Assembly (NCBI GenBank): GCA_964016885.1
Contig: OZ024742.1
Span: forward strand, 187,984,001 to 188,048,000
From: Eledone cirrhosa
Taxonomy: Eukaryota
Direction of reading: 5' to 3'
Length of the DNA stretch: 64,000 nt
Shown here piece by piece: positions 14,240-29,485 of the stretch. The position numbers and the translations under genes were made by a program. The notes below the pieces were generated by a model that made no database searches, was not told the origin of the DNA, and saw only the letters and a list, made by a program, of their open reading frames with translations. The number at the start of each line of letters is the position of its first letter. The first letter of the stretch is position 1.

Positions 14240-15153
14240 TACGAGAAAGAAAGAGAGTGTATGTAAATGTTATATCTCTATACATATATAGTCTGTGATA
14301 TTTCTATAAAGTTTTAAGGCGCAGGAGTGTTATTTGCGGAGTCATTTGTTGCTATTTTGTAACAGATGTAGGGACTACATAGAGGTGGAATTGGGGATGA
14401 AGATATGCATACAGAATTGTTTCTATGAGTTTGTAAGTGTGTTTGTTTCTCATATGATTTGTAAATCTCGTACACATTGGTTGTTTTCTTTATTTTACAA
14501 GGGAGATAAATCGGGATGAACCATCTATTTTCGAATTAAAAAAGAAGCACCATATTAGCTTTTACTTAGCATATATTCAAAATCCTGTTCGACGTTAAGG
14601 TCCTTCCCTGTCTGAATCCTACACACATTTACTCTCTCTGTTGCAACTCTTTGTGTTTACATGTACCGTGAGTGCAAACAGGAAGACTTATTTCCAAGTC
14701 AGCCATTGTAGCTGATTTTACGTTCGAGGATGGCATCATTAATCGATTCAATCAGGTAATCCTCGTATCAACCGGAACCACAACTGGCCGCCTTGCCCCG
14801 CAGCATTTAAAAACTGAAGCAGAAACTGTCAAACTCAATATTCTGCACACCGTATCTCAGTTTGATCAGAGTTCTCTCGATTTGTATGCAATTGTATCCA
14901 CATAACTGGTCGTCAACTCTTTATTAGCTAGTACTTCTCACTTTATCATGTAGGTCAAGCTGGATATGCCAGTTTCGTGGATTTTCTTCATTTTATGGAG
15001 TCCTAGCTTGCAAGTAACTTCTAACTTGCAAGTAACTCTTAACACGAACATCTATGTTTAAGGAAAGAATCACTGCACAGGCCGTATGGGCAAAGCAACC
15101 GGCATATCATTAAAGCAGTTGCTAGTCCGATTATATACTGAGGCATGTACAAT

Positions 15154-15214
<61 letters not shown>

Positions 15215-15276
15215 ATGATCAGCAGACAAGGCTCATGGCATAGCTATTATTAAATAATGCCCCACGTCCATTAGTA

Positions 15277-15392
<116 letters not shown>

Positions 15393-15792
15393 TTATAACA
15401 ATATGTTCGTAGAGTTGTATGAATAAATAGTAATGTATTACCGGTGGTTTTCTAAAAATTTGAAGCATATATATATATAAATATATACACAGCTAGTAGT
15501 AAATTTCAATAATCCGGATTAAGTATTACTATCAAGCATGAGAAGATGTAAACAGAATATGCATATGTCAATCAAAGAAAATGTCTGCAGCATGCCGGGC
15601 GCTCGCGTTTAACCACTAAGTCAAATCGTGTCTGTTATATAGATAAAAGCGTTAGAGGATTTAAGAATTCTTCATATATATATATATATATTCATTTTAT
15701 TTAGGCTAAATAGCTAGTCTTGTTGCTCTAGCGTTTAGTCTGTCTGTCACAGAGTTATTAGACAAGAAGTAACGTTTCACTAGCAGACACAG

Positions 15793-15869
<77 letters not shown>

Positions 15870-15875
15870 GAGAGA

Positions 15876-15947
<72 letters not shown>

Positions 15948-16100
15948 CTAAATTACGAGGTGATACAAGGTTTGTATTGAATGTAAGGCATTTGTATCGA
16001 ATGTAGGTTTTGTCAGACTATCGAAGAAAGTCATACTCTATGTGTAAACAAAAATGATACTCACACGCACACATACGCACACACACACATACATACACAG

Positions 16101-16154
<54 letters not shown>

Positions 16155-16511
16155 GAAGAATCAAGGCATCTCTAGCGAACATTTTGACAAAATATAAATG
16201 GACAGATGGACACACACAAACACAAATATATAGAGACAAGTTGACATGTTAGGATAATACAGAAAATGGACGCCCGAGAAAGTACATACATATATATTCT
16301 TAGTTATATGTTCAAATATATATCAACAAAAACATAAGTAGATTGGAACAGGTGAATGCCGATCAATAGAATGTAATCAACGTTTTTCAATTAAATTTTT
16401 TTTCTCGAAAAGATTCATTCGAAAATTTAATGGAAAAATGTAATTACGCAAACGCTCTATCAATGTTTGTCTGCGTATATATACGCACACAAATTCATAT
16501 ATATATATATA

Positions 16512-16565
<54 letters not shown>

Positions 16566-16580
16566 ATTATACGCGTACAG

Positions 16581-17791
<1,211 letters not shown>

Positions 17792-17967
17792 GGTGTGTAT
17801 ATATATACGTGTGTAATGTATTTATTTTATTGATATTTTGTATTTAGTTCTGCAATGCGCATGTCCTGTATTATATAGCTGAATACAGGTCAATTTTGCT
17901 TTTAACTCCAGTTTTGTTCCTTCATTCAACCATATGTATATATATATTATTTATATATATATAGGTG

Positions 17968-18003
<36 letters not shown>

Positions 18004-18039
18004 GCTCACGCATTTATTGATAGGTTATATATATATATG

Positions 18040-20715
18040 AAAACAAGGAGAAAGAGACGATTATTAGGAAGAAACATTTTTTATCCCCCTTTTTTATTTC
18101 TCTCTCTCGTTTTTCTGGGTTAGAAAATGATTAAAACGAAATGTTTTACTTTGTGTGAAGTGTTAAGGTATTAGTTGATTTATTTATTATTTAACAATGG
18201 CATTTATTTATATATTTATATATTTAATAATTGTCTATTACCGGTTTCAGTATTTTTATGCATTTTCAAATGATAGCGATATGTATTAGTGTGGTGTCGC
18301 ACATGTGAAAGAGAAGGTGCAGAAAGAATAATGTTATTTACAAACAAGGTTTATGAACTGAAAAGAAAAAAAAGAAAAAAGAAAAATAACTGACGTGATG
18401 TAGAGCATAAAAGTCAACGTGAAAGAAAAAATAATGTGATTTACAGGCATAGTTCTTGAAGTTAAGCAGATCAAAATGTGTTAAAATAGCAAGAATGCTT
18501 AGTTGATCCATGATTCCATGATGGAGGCAAATGGTGGACTGTGGTTTGATATGATTTCCCTTTTTAGAGAGTTAATATGCAGGGGGAGGCAATTCTTGCT
18601 GGATGATATTTAAATTTTTAAGAAAAAGGATTAGTTACGATGTGAGGGAGGTAACTCTTGTAAATGTTTGATTGTTTGTTGCAGTTATTAGTTTGGTCCG
18701 ATTTTTAGTGCATTAAGAAGAGGGTGGAATTTGTTAAGTAGAGGTTGGAATTTGTTAATGAAATATGTCTCCTTATTGGTACGATGGATGAAGGTAGCGT
18801 TGTCTATGAATTTGTAAATGGGGAAAATTTGAAAGTTTGGATGTTGGTTCTGTGCACAATTGGCGATATGTTCACTAAATGCAATCTTTCTGTATTCCTG
18901 TATTTTAATTTGTGATTTATGGACGGTCACACGTTGACGGAGGCTGTTTTTTGTCTGTCCTATTTAGTGGTCTTGACAACCTGAGCAGGTCAAAACATAG
19001 TTTTTCAGATGCACATGTAAAGTTGTGTTTAACTGTGAAATGTTGTCCTTGTTTAAAATGGAATGTTGAACCTTCTATTAGATTTATGCATATGACACAC
19101 TTGGGCCTTCCGCATTCTTCTACTGTAGGGTTTATTGTGAGGGTTTGTTGGATTTTGGCTTGTGTGAGGATGTTTTTTTATGGAGTTAGGTTGTCTTTTG
19201 CTCTTTATGATGTTGTGTGTTTGGAGGATTTTGTTCATTCTTGGGTCTCTTTTTACTAGAGGAATGTTCTGAAGGATGGTGCCGAATGCCTCATTGTTGA
19301 GGGGCTTGTGTGTGGAGATGTATGGTAGAGATTTTTGTTGCTGTTCATTCCTGGGTTTGGGGTGTCTGAGTTCCTGGATGTCTAGTTTTAGGGCACGTTG
19401 GAATCCATTGTTGTTTAGGGATGGTGGGTAGTTTCTGCTGATAAGTGTGTTTTTTAATTCTTCTAGTCGTGTGTTTGCATGTGTCTTTATCTGAAACTAT
19501 TGTGCAGATCCTTCTGGCTAGGTTATAAGGAATTGCCCTTTTGGTGTGTCTAGGGTGGCACGAGTTGAATGGGAGGTATTGTTTGGAGTCTGTGGGTTTG
19601 TAAATAGAATCAGACATATATGTCTGATTCTATTTTGTTGCTTGTTTTCTTGATGAGGATGTCGAGGAAAGGGAGTTGTTCATGGCTGTAATCCATTGTG
19701 AATTGTAAGTTTGTGTTGAGTCCATTCAGAAGGGTTTTAAACTCAAACAGTCTATCTATACTTTCATGCCAGAGGATAAAGCAGTTGTCCAGATATCTCT
19801 TCCAGTCCTTTTCATTGTGTTGGTAGAAGTGGTTGCCGTATTTATCTAGAACTTTGCGGTAGAGAGTCGTTTCCAAATATTCCATGACAAGGTTGGCGTA
19901 TGAGGAGGCTACTTTCGTGCCCATGGAAGTCCCAGATTTCTGTCTGTCGTATTTGGCATTGAATTTGAAGAAATTGTTTTCCAAGATGAATTTGAGTCCC
20001 TCCAACACAATTTTTTTAGGGATGCGCTGTGGGAGTTCACTAGAGAAATGTTCAAGCCAGAATTGTATTGCCTCTATACCTAGGTTCTGTGGGATATTGG
20101 AATATAAATTGATTACATCAAAGGTTACTAGTAGGGTATGTTCATTATTGAGTGTTGTTGGGAGGTGGTTGAACATGTCAAGGTCGTCCCATATGAAGCT
20201 TTTTATGTGTTTTAGGAAAGGTTTAAGCAGAATATCTAAGAAGTTGCTTAGGCGGTGGGTTTCACATGTGGTGCCTGCTATTATTGGTCTTATTTTAAGG
20301 TCATCAGGAGGGGCTATATGGATGTAAACGTCTGTGGCTTTCTTGCAGGCCCTACCTATTACTTCGCTTTTGTGTGTCTTTGGTAGAAGAGGCTGGTTCT
20401 TCTTTTGAAAATGGTGATGTAGTTGTATTCCTTGTCTGTAAGGCCTTCTTTGTAAAGGGTTGTTAGGGATTTTAGGTTTCTCATTATTTTCTGTTGTGTG
20501 TAGTGTTGGGCCTTTTCATATATTTGGTTTTCTAGAGTTGAGAGTACTAGAGTTGTGTAATAATCTGTCTCCATAAGGACTATTGCACTCCCTTTAACTG
20601 CCTCTTTAATTGTTAGGGTTTTGTCGTTTTTTAGACTGTTAAGACCATTCCATTCTCTTTTACTTAGGTTTGGTTTTTGTTTATGTCTGTGTAGGTGGTA
20701 GTATGGGTAATTAGT
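18040..20715 (-). mobile_element. Penelope-like retroelement (RT plus C-terminal GIY-YIG), 5'-truncated and decayed
   Basis: Coding remnant at 18688-20700, AT-rich 3' region, degenerate HHR-like motif at about 18235-18277(-) (TTGAAAA..GAAACCGGTA). Confidence 0.9.
18688..20700 (-). pseudogene. PLE reverse transcriptase and GIY-YIG endonuclease, frameshifted
   Basis: NLSKRE..IKEAVKGSAIV, RPIIAG, LVTFDVINLYSNIP, QKSGTSMGTKVASSYANL, WKRYLDNCF, LPFLDILI, YKPTDSKQYL..SCHP, YVLTCSGC..IGQT, ETYFINKFQPLLN. Confidence 0.93.
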
Positions 20716-20754
20716 AATGTGTTCGCAGAATTGTAACACACAATAAATTGAGTT

Positions 20755-20823
<69 letters not shown>

Positions 20824-21825
20824 GTTCAATATTTTTAAAGGAGTTTTCATAGTTCCTTATTACTCCTTTATATGGAGTTAACAAGTTAGCAACAATATAT
20901 TCCTGGAATGCCTTAGTAAATGCAAGTTTCCTGACCTTGGTATCATAATCAGAAGGGAATGATGGTATTACTATTAACCTGTTCACGCTTTTTATAATTG
21001 GCTGCAAGAGATCTTGAGACTTAGCAATCAATGTGTTAAACAGAAATACATTCTTGAAGACTATGCTACACCAGAGCCACAAACCATTTATTAGAACCAG
21101 TAAAAGCAAAATAAAAAAGCATGCATAGACTCATAAACAGATATAATTATATACATATACTTAAATACAATATTTAAAATAAATACAACCAGGAAATATA
21201 TTACATAGGAAACTATAACATAGCATTTATTTCAAGATATATTTAGTTAAATGGAAATTTCAAAGCCAAGTCTTGTGTTTTTAATAGCATAAATATTCAG
21301 GTGCTTTGGAAATTTATAATCATTTTATTCCACGAAACAATCATATTTTGGAAAGTGTAGATGCGAAGGAAATTGCTTTTTTCAAATCAAGGAAATTAAG
21401 AACTAGTTATAGTACAACAGTGAGCACTTAATTTTATTGCGTGCGTTTATGTGTCTTTCTCAATCAGAAATATAATTAGTTTTATATGTGATTAGATAAC
21501 CTAGTAAATGCTAAAACAGAATAAAAAATATCACTCAAATCTATATGATTAATGAACATGAAATATTATCGAAGTCCTTCCGATGATTAGATTTGCCTTA
21601 TTTCTTTCAGGGTAAACTAAGATGTTAAAATAAACATTCGTTGATAATATATGTTATCGATACCGGAAGGCTCAATTATATTAAAACTAAAATTACTTAC
21701 CACGAAATAGTTTATCCAACGTTTTAATGACTCCTCCAATTCACCAGCCTGTAAGTAACTTGTTATAGAATAGGAAAGTTTGAACGCTTCAGAATGTAAA
21801 TGAGATATACATTTGGTGTTTTAGA

Positions 21826-21864
<39 letters not shown>

Positions 21865-22049
21865 TTTAACTTTTATTAAATTAGTTAGACCACTATTCCA
21901 TTATTCCTGAGTACTCTAACACGGCAAGAGCTCTCCCATCGGGCCCCAACGTTAATATATATATTAAACAGGTCCCATAACTAAAAAGCCCTGTTGCTCT
22001 TTTCTTTTACCTTTCCTACGGAAATACTTTATTTATATATATATATATA

Positions 22050-23250
22050 TAAACGTTTGAATATGTATAATAAAGCCAAAACAATGCAGGTATGGACATA
22101 GAAAAAAGAATGCAATTGCAACAGATGTTGTTGACAATTCGTCTTTTACCTTAGATTTATTTTCAGCGTCCTTAATTTTCGAGATAATATTTCTTCTTCA
22201 GGGGGAAATAAAGGTCTCAAACCAGCGTTCTAAATATCTTGCCAAGCCATGTTGCCAGGAAAGAGTATAGAGTATCTGTTCTATCTCTAATGTCAAAGAG
22301 TTAAAATCAGGTGGATAAAGAGTAGTCTCCCTTTAAAAGGGGTTTGTTTAGGGTTTTTTTAAATATTTTTTTTATATACATGCCTGTTTAAGTGTGTGGG
22401 AGAATGCATGAAGGTGTAAGTATGTGAGTCTGTGTGTGTGCGTGTGAGAAGATAAGTCTATTCGTAAATGTGGGGGATAGGTGTTATCTGGTGTTAGAAC
22501 TGGTTTTGTGTGTGTATGTGTGAGAGAGAATAAGTGGAGGTGTAAGTGTGTGTGCGTGTGCGTGCGTGTGTGTGTATGGGGTGTGTAAATATGGGGCTAG
22601 AAGCCCTATCAGGTTATAAATTGGGTGTTGAGTTCTAGTCTATTATTGATAGGTCGTTGTGTTTTATCTATAATTAGTGCTTCCTTAATTCTAAGATTGC
22701 CGAGGTTTCTTTCCTTAGTTTCTATCCTAACTGTTATGGTTTTGTCGGTGTTTTTGCATTTAACTAGGTGTTTCTTAAATGAGGAAGCGTTAGTATTGAG
22801 GTGTACTTTTATTCTTATGTGGAGTGGTCTGGTGGTGCTACCTACGTAGAAGTTGTTGCATTTGTCACACTCTAGTCTGTATACGACGTAAGCCTGGTGG
22901 CATAGGTCTGTGTCGTTTATGGGGCAGTTGGCTAGTCTGCATCAGTTGTCATGCCTGGTGGAGTGTCTTCTGGCTAGCTGTCCGCGCAGAGAAGGACCTG
23001 AGTGGGCCAGTTGGATATCCAGTCCTTCTCGTCTGATGGCTCTGCGGATGGCTGTTGTTGTTTCTTCACTGAAGTGTGGGAGCTTCAGGAAGCAAGTGTT
23101 TGTGCCTCGGGTGTGGTGTCCTCTGTTCTTTCTGGCACGGTTTGTGGTGGATGTCGTGTATCCGTTCAGTTTGAGTACTTCCAGGAAATGTGTGGTGTGT
23201 GTGTCTCGGTTTCTAGCGTCGGTGCATTTGTTCCGGATGCCAATAAGATT
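22050..23250 (-). mobile_element. Penelope-like element 3' fragment (thumb plus GIY-YIG, 3' region with HHR-like motif)
   Basis: Manual translation of 23245-22609(-): LKLNGY..FLKLPHFSE..CRLANCP..LCHQAYVVYRLECDKCNNFYVGSTTRPLHIRIKVHL..RIKEALII..INNRLEL. CTGAAGA..GAAAATTA at about 22165-22207(-). Confidence 0.88.
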
Positions 23251-23814
23251 TCATGACCAAGGTGAGTGTTAATTGTATTTTTATTATTATTCATTTAATT
23301 AGTCTATTTTCTGTTTGGTTTAGCAAACAAATGCTTATTTAAATATCAATGATCTTTCACCACACATTTGGTTGGGGATGAGGTGGGCCAGTTTCACCTT
23401 CATGTCTCCATTTCGGTCCAGTTGCTACCAAACCGACAGTAACAGACCGTGAATGATACAGAACTGTTCATTCTAAAGGAGTTATATTATGTAACATAAT
23501 ATCCTCCATCATAACTTAACTTCAGATGCGTTATTCAGTTGAGTTTCAAATACGTGTGCAGATCTTTTTGTATACACATACACATAATACATAAGAAAAC
23601 AGAAAGATAAATACAAAATCAAAACATAAACAAACATTTATCTCGTTAACTTACGCAGCATATTTATTTGTTTACATGCGTAGATACTTTTTTACACACA
23701 CAATATTTAAGAAAACTGAAACAAAAATACACACAAAAAAACCCCCAAAACAAACATTTTATTTCTATGGTAATCAAGTATGCTAAACCAATATTGTTTA
23801 CATTCTGTGTTTTT

Positions 23815-25060
23815 CTATGGATGGGCAGAAATAACAATATGTCCATGGTGATATTCATGAATGAAGTATGCGACAAAACTGGTCGATGTTCCAGAATAGA
23901 ATATTGCCCAGAAAATCACACCTGCCATATTTGTACGGAACCCGAAAACTCGTTCCGTAATTGCTGGGTCGAATGTGGAACCTGTCGCATCTCTGTCTAC
24001 CTTCAATGCGCCACAGGCTTCCGGAGGATCCCAGGCCAAAAATGAGACATCATATTGCTATGATGGATGGACTCTGGGAGATGGTCCAGCTAAAACCCTG
24101 GTCCTTTCAGTGCCCGGCCTGTATGCCTGCCTCCACCAATGTTATTGAAAAACAACAACACCAACAAAAAAAAAAACGATGACTGTATCTTCCTCTACCA
24201 TTGTTACTGAACAACGGTAGAAACCTAATGACACTGGCTTCTGCTGCTATTCCTGTGGAAGAACATCAGAAACAACAACAACCCGTGTCTTCCGCTCCCA
24301 GTACATCTCGACACCAACAACCGACGATTGTGTCTTCCCCTACCATTCACCTGGAGGAACATCATCCACATCATCATCATCAACAACAACAGCGGCAGCA
24401 ACAGCAACAACAGCAGCAACAACAACAACAATATCAGCAGCAAGAGCAACAACAACAATCGACCAGTATAGATTTTGCAGAATTGCAACAAATGATTTCT
24501 GCTTTCAGAAGGAAAGTAACAGGAATAAAAGCAAGCATTCGGGTAGGACCCCACAATCAGGGGTCTGATCGGAATGCCTTGCTAAAGAATCTCCCTGTAC
24601 CTCTTGCCGTATCTAAGCACACTGAGAAGACTGCGGAATCTGCTACTCATGAGGTAATTTCCTTTGGGTACCAGATGACTAGGCTGATCTTCAGGCATTT
24701 GCTGCCAGCTCAGCCAGAGACCTAGGCTGTGTTCCCCCAGAGGGTGCTCTCCGCCTTGGTCGACCTGGTCCAAAACACAGACTCATCAGGCTGTCTTTTT
24801 CGGACCCCGCTGAGGCAATTTCATATCATCTGGCCTCTGTTAAAGCTGGGCGTGAAAATCGGATTACCTTCCGAACACGCCCAGGTCTACCACCCAATGT
24901 ACGTCCAAAGCTACGTGCTGCAGCTTCCTTGAAGCGGAACTAAGTACAGCATGAACGCTTTAGTCTGCGTGATGATGGGCAGATTTGGAGGTTTGTTAAG
25001 GCAGGTGAAACGTGGTAGAGAGATACCAGCTCGGCTGAGTGTGCTCTACCCACAATAACT
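23815..25060 (+). pseudogene. CR1 ORF1 remnant: PHD-type zinc finger and poly-Q/H tract
   Basis: CHIC..WVECGTC..YLQC..(frameshift)..FQCPAC, and a CAA/CAG tract at about 24360-24460. Confidence 0.6.
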
Positions 25061-25064
25061 GGCA

Positions 25065-27840
25065 ATGAAAAAACTGCAACAACTCTGGGAAACTAACCAG
25101 AACAACCTGCCATCCTCTACACACCAGCATATACTGCAAGCACGGTACAAATTGCTGTCCTTAAATGCTCGCAGTTTATGCAACAAGATACATCTATTTA
25201 ACTCCTACGTCAGAAGCATCGACCCTGACTTCATCAGTCACGGAAACATGGGCACATTCCTTACTCTGTGATGGTGTTTTCAGCATTACTGGGTACAACC
25301 TTTTCCGCAAGGACTGCATTAATCGCCGTGGTGGTGGTGATGGTCTACGTTCGTTCAAACTTTTCTGTAATTCCTTGGGTTGATTTGAACAAATCACAAG
25401 AAGTTTTTTTTTGTGACATACGTATGACCATGTCAACACTTCTGCTTTGTGTTGTTTATCGCCACCCAAACTACCACCAGGACACACAACTTTGCGATAT
25501 CCTCAGAGCTGCTGCCAGGAAAACAGCCACTTATGTGTTTATTGCAGGTGACTTCAATCATCCTGAGATCGATTGGGAAACCATTCGTTGGCCACAAACT
25601 GTAAACGATTTCCTTGAGCTAGTGCTGGACTCAAACTGGTCACAAGTAGTCACCTCTCCAACAAGAGGTGACAACACTTTGGACCTGATCTTCACCACTA
25701 ATCCTGAAGTGGTTATCAGTTGTACTACTGAGGAACCTCTAGGCGACTTTGATCATGCTATGATCATTGCCAATATAGCTCTTGCGGGCAGCAACAAAAA
25801 CCAGAACCATCTCCAATCTGCTTGCTTTGATTGGAAGAAAGCAGATTGGAACTTGTACTGTACTGAGCTAAAGCGCCCAAACTGGCATGAGTTCTATAAC
25901 TCTTGAGATGTGAACACTATACTCCAGAGCATCCTGGACTCAATATGGTTAGCGTGTGCAGCATCGGTGCCACGTAGGCAGAAAAAACCCCACCCCAACA
26001 GTGCAATTTGGGAAACTTTAGCGGTCCGACTTGCCAGGATAGAACGTCGGAACGCTGAACGGGAATATAAACTGCATAAATCAGATGCTAACAGAAAAAA
26101 GCGGAATAAATCTTCCAACCATCTCAAGCAAGTGACAAAAAAGGCAGTGCTTGAATTTAAACAGTGCATAGCAACCAATGCTGACAGTAAGGTGTTCTGG
26201 AAATATGTTCATTCAAAGCAGAGACATTACTCTCCAGTTGGTCCTCTTCGCAATCCACACACAAGCCAGATCACTGACGATCCCGAAGAATGAGCAGAAC
26301 TCATTGCTGAGTGCTATGCAAGCATTTTTACTGTTGAAAACCAGAATGTACCATATCCACCATCTCTAACATCAAATTCCATAACAACTATGGAATTTAC
26401 ACCTGCAATGTTGCGACGTCACCTTAAGAATAAGCGCAACTATGCCTCCCCTGGTCTTGATGGTGTTACATACCTGCTTCTCAAACGTGGCGGGTACTTC
26501 CTTTTGCACCAGATTTCTTTCTTCTTTCAATACTGTTTCAACAATGGTGCTACTCCGGAGCATTGGAAAACTGCCAGTGTCATTCCCCTGTTCAAAAAGA
26601 GCGACCGCACGTCACCTGTCAACTATCGTCCAGTCAGTCTTACTAGCTGTATTGCCAAACTGAGGGAATCCTAAGTCAGAGAAACACTGTGGAACTTCTG
26701 GAGCTATCACAGCCTCATCCGGCCCTCGCAGTTTGGATTTATCCCTAACTCCAGCTGCTATGATCAGCTTATCGAGTTCCTTGAAGAGATTACCCGGATC
26801 ACTGACAGTGGCTCATAGGTGGATGTTGTTTACCTTGACTTCGCTAAGGCTTTTAATTCTGTGCCACACAAAAGTCTTATGGCGAAACTCTCTTCAATGG
26901 GTGTTATGGATGATCTTTTTAACTGGTTGAAATCCTTCATTCTCAACCGAAAAGAGGTAGTCACGGTTCTAGGACAGCATTCTTCACCATATGAGATGTC
27001 ATCTGGTGTACCACAGGGATCTGTTCTTGGTCCTCTTTTGTTTGTGGCATATATTAATGACATAGATGCCAACTTAAAGAATTCCACGGTACTGAAATAT
27101 GCAGATGACATCAAGCTGTACCTTGAAATCAAAAGGACTGATCCTGAAATCTACAACTCTTTCCTACAATCGGACCTGGACACAATGCAGCACTAGATGA
27201 CAGACTGGCAACTGAAGCTGGCTGTGGACAAGTGTACCGCCATGCATTTTGGGAGGAAAAATCCAGCGTCCACATACACCCTCCACAACACTGATATCAA
27301 GAAGTCCTCTTGTGAACGTGACCTAGGCATTACTGTCAGCAGCGATTTGCGTTGGACAAAGCATGTCTCTAAGATTGTCAAGAAGGCCGAGGGTGTCTTG
27401 GCATCACTCAGCAAGACCTTTTTTAGCCGCTCTCCAGCCATCTATTTAAAGCTGTATACAGCTATGGTACGACCACACTTGGAATTCGAATCATCAGTCT
27501 GGAACCCCTATGTTGCTCAGAACATTGAACTCCTGGAAACTGTTCAGAGACGTGCAACCAAGCGCATAGCCTCCATCAGACACCTACCATACTCTGAACG
27601 CCTTGCTTCCCTGGGCATGGATTCATTGAAGCTCCGAAGTCTGGCAATGGACTTGGTAAACACCCACAAAGTTATTAACCATCTCGCCAACAATAACCCT
27701 GAGCACTTTATTGATCTTCATGTGTCTAACACACGTTGACATGCCTACAAAATCAAAAATCAGCACAGCTCCATGAATTTTGGAAACATTTTTTCACGCT
27801 TAGAGTTGCTGAAGCATGGAACAAACTGCCTGCGTCAGTT
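25065..27840 (+). pseudogene. CR1 ORF2 (AP endonuclease plus reverse transcriptase), multiple stops and frameshifts
   Basis: NARSL, VTETW, RGGG, VYRHP, GDFN, PTRGDNTLDL, DH; SPGLDG, NYRPVSLTS, QFGF, YLDFAKAF, GVPQGSVLGPLLF, YADD, ERDLGI, VRPHLE..VWNPY, VQRRATK. Confidence 0.95.
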
Positions 27841-28579
27841 GTTAGCTGCTGAGACACTGCAACCTTTAACACCCTCATGCTTCCCGAAATTCGCCAAAAC
27901 TACACCTGATGTACCCCTTCCATACACATGCACACATGTGTATATCATGACTCATGCACTGTTCATTTTCCTGACGTTTGTACATTACCCTATGTACTAT
28001 ACATACACTTTTTGATGAGTTGTAGTGCACCTGAGCACTGTACACAATATTTTCATTATTATTATTATACCAGCTTTATAAGGACGAAGTTAGTCCTATG
28101 ACTAGATTCCTCTGAAATTGTAATTATTTTCAAGGTTATTTGAAAATCATATGGCAGTGTGTTTTATTGGAAATATAATAACAAAAGGGTTAAAACAACA
28201 TGACCCGATTTCGTCTTCCAACCATAGTTATTCACTTTCCGCAAACATTATTTAATTCTAATATATATTCTGCATCTTTTCATCAGATCAATAAGTAACT
28301 TCAAAACATGAACATCTTCACGACGCTATTATCAATCTCTATGGTAATCAAACATTTTAAAGTCTAGCATTATCAATATGTCATTGACTCAGAATCATTA
28401 CACATCACAAGGGTCTAGGTACTACAAATTATCTCAACACTTGCCTGTGATTAATTTAGTGTATTTATAAAATAGAAAGTCAGTGAACATAGTTATTACT
28501 TCTTTGTAATGCAAATCAAATTTTTATTGTATTTAGAATTTGTAATGTTCAATATTTTCCCTCCTATTAAAGAAGTCTA

Positions 28580-28790
28580 TTAAGGTTGGTGAGTTGGAAG
28601 AATCATTACAGCGTTGAACATAATATCTTGCGGTATTTAATTACGCTCTTCACGTTCGGAGTTGAAATAGTACCCAGATATGTTTTGTATTTCATCATTC
28701 CAGTTAAAAATTGGGGTCAGAGTAGCTGACCTTCGATTCTCTCACAAACTGCTGACATTCTACAATAATTAGAAAAAAATATTATAAAGT
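28580..28790 (+). mobile_element. Highly decayed SINE family 1 copy
   Basis: ggtgagttggaagaatcatta..cttgcggtattt..cgttcggagttgaaat resembles the family head. A similar decayed copy lies at about 11140-11385. Confidence 0.45.
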
Positions 28791-29296
28791 TTGTCGATTA
28801 TTATGTTAAAAACCGATACTATTTTAAATAAAAGTCAGTGCAAATGAGGAAACGCGAGAGGAGAGCATTCTAGAATAGCTGAGGAAGGAGCGATTTAACA
28901 CTTACTAGACATGTTACAAATAGCCGGCAACCTTCCATGCTGCTACACTTTAAGAGAAATTTCTCGTTACACTTGTTTTTCTATGCACACATGGGCAGGA
29001 CGAACCCCGAAATTGTTCGGTTTGCATAGACGTTAAACATCTGAGGATAGAAGACAATCTTCCCTCAGCGGTTTGCTAATGGGCCCCAAATGTCACTGAT
29101 ATTCTCAACTGAATGAGATGAAGCATTGTTAAATGAACTTCCTCGCTCAACGTTACAATGATTCACCGCGTGTGTGAATCTAGCCTTCGAACTTATGACC
29201 GTGATCCAACAACTTTATTTCGAGGTCACACACTTCCACTCACCGCCAAAATACAAAAGTTCTGTTAGTAACCATTTGAACGTTTTAGTAAATAAT

Positions 29297-29485
29297 TGTT
29301 TCTACTTTAGGCACAAGACCAGCAAATACCAAGTACATTACTGGTACTTTATTTTATCGACACCGTAAGGATGAAAGGCAAAGTTAACCTAGGCGGGATT
29401 TGAACTCAGACTGTAGAGGGACGTAACTATACTAGAAAGCATGGTGTCTGACGCTCTACCGATTCTGCCAATCTACCACCCTACC
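29297..29485 (-). mobile_element. tRNA-derived SINE, family 1, full length with 18-bp target-site duplication
   Basis: Complete head, core and 3' end. aacgttttagtaaataat occurs at 29279-29296 and 29486-29503. Confidence 0.92.

Larger units (their letters stand above)
23800..28067 (+). mobile_element. CR1-clade LINE, near full length and decayed, with (ATT)n tail
   Basis: ORF1 PHD finger, APE and RT motifs, 3' stem-loop (gtagtgc..gcactgt) then (ATT)4 at 28055-28067. The 5' boundary is approximate. Confidence 0.92.

Noticed and set aside
14640-15000. Possible ancient LINE fragment on the minus strand
   Set aside because: Similarity to RTE C-termini is too weak, with many stops.
20820-21109. 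Open minus frame (..DYDTKVRKLAFTKAFQEYIV..) as an exon
   Set aside because: No known domain recognised and it runs into microsatellite. A homology search would be needed.
23380-23470. Long hairpin followed by GAAA on the minus strand near the PLE 5' break
   Set aside because: No acceptable hammerhead core upstream.
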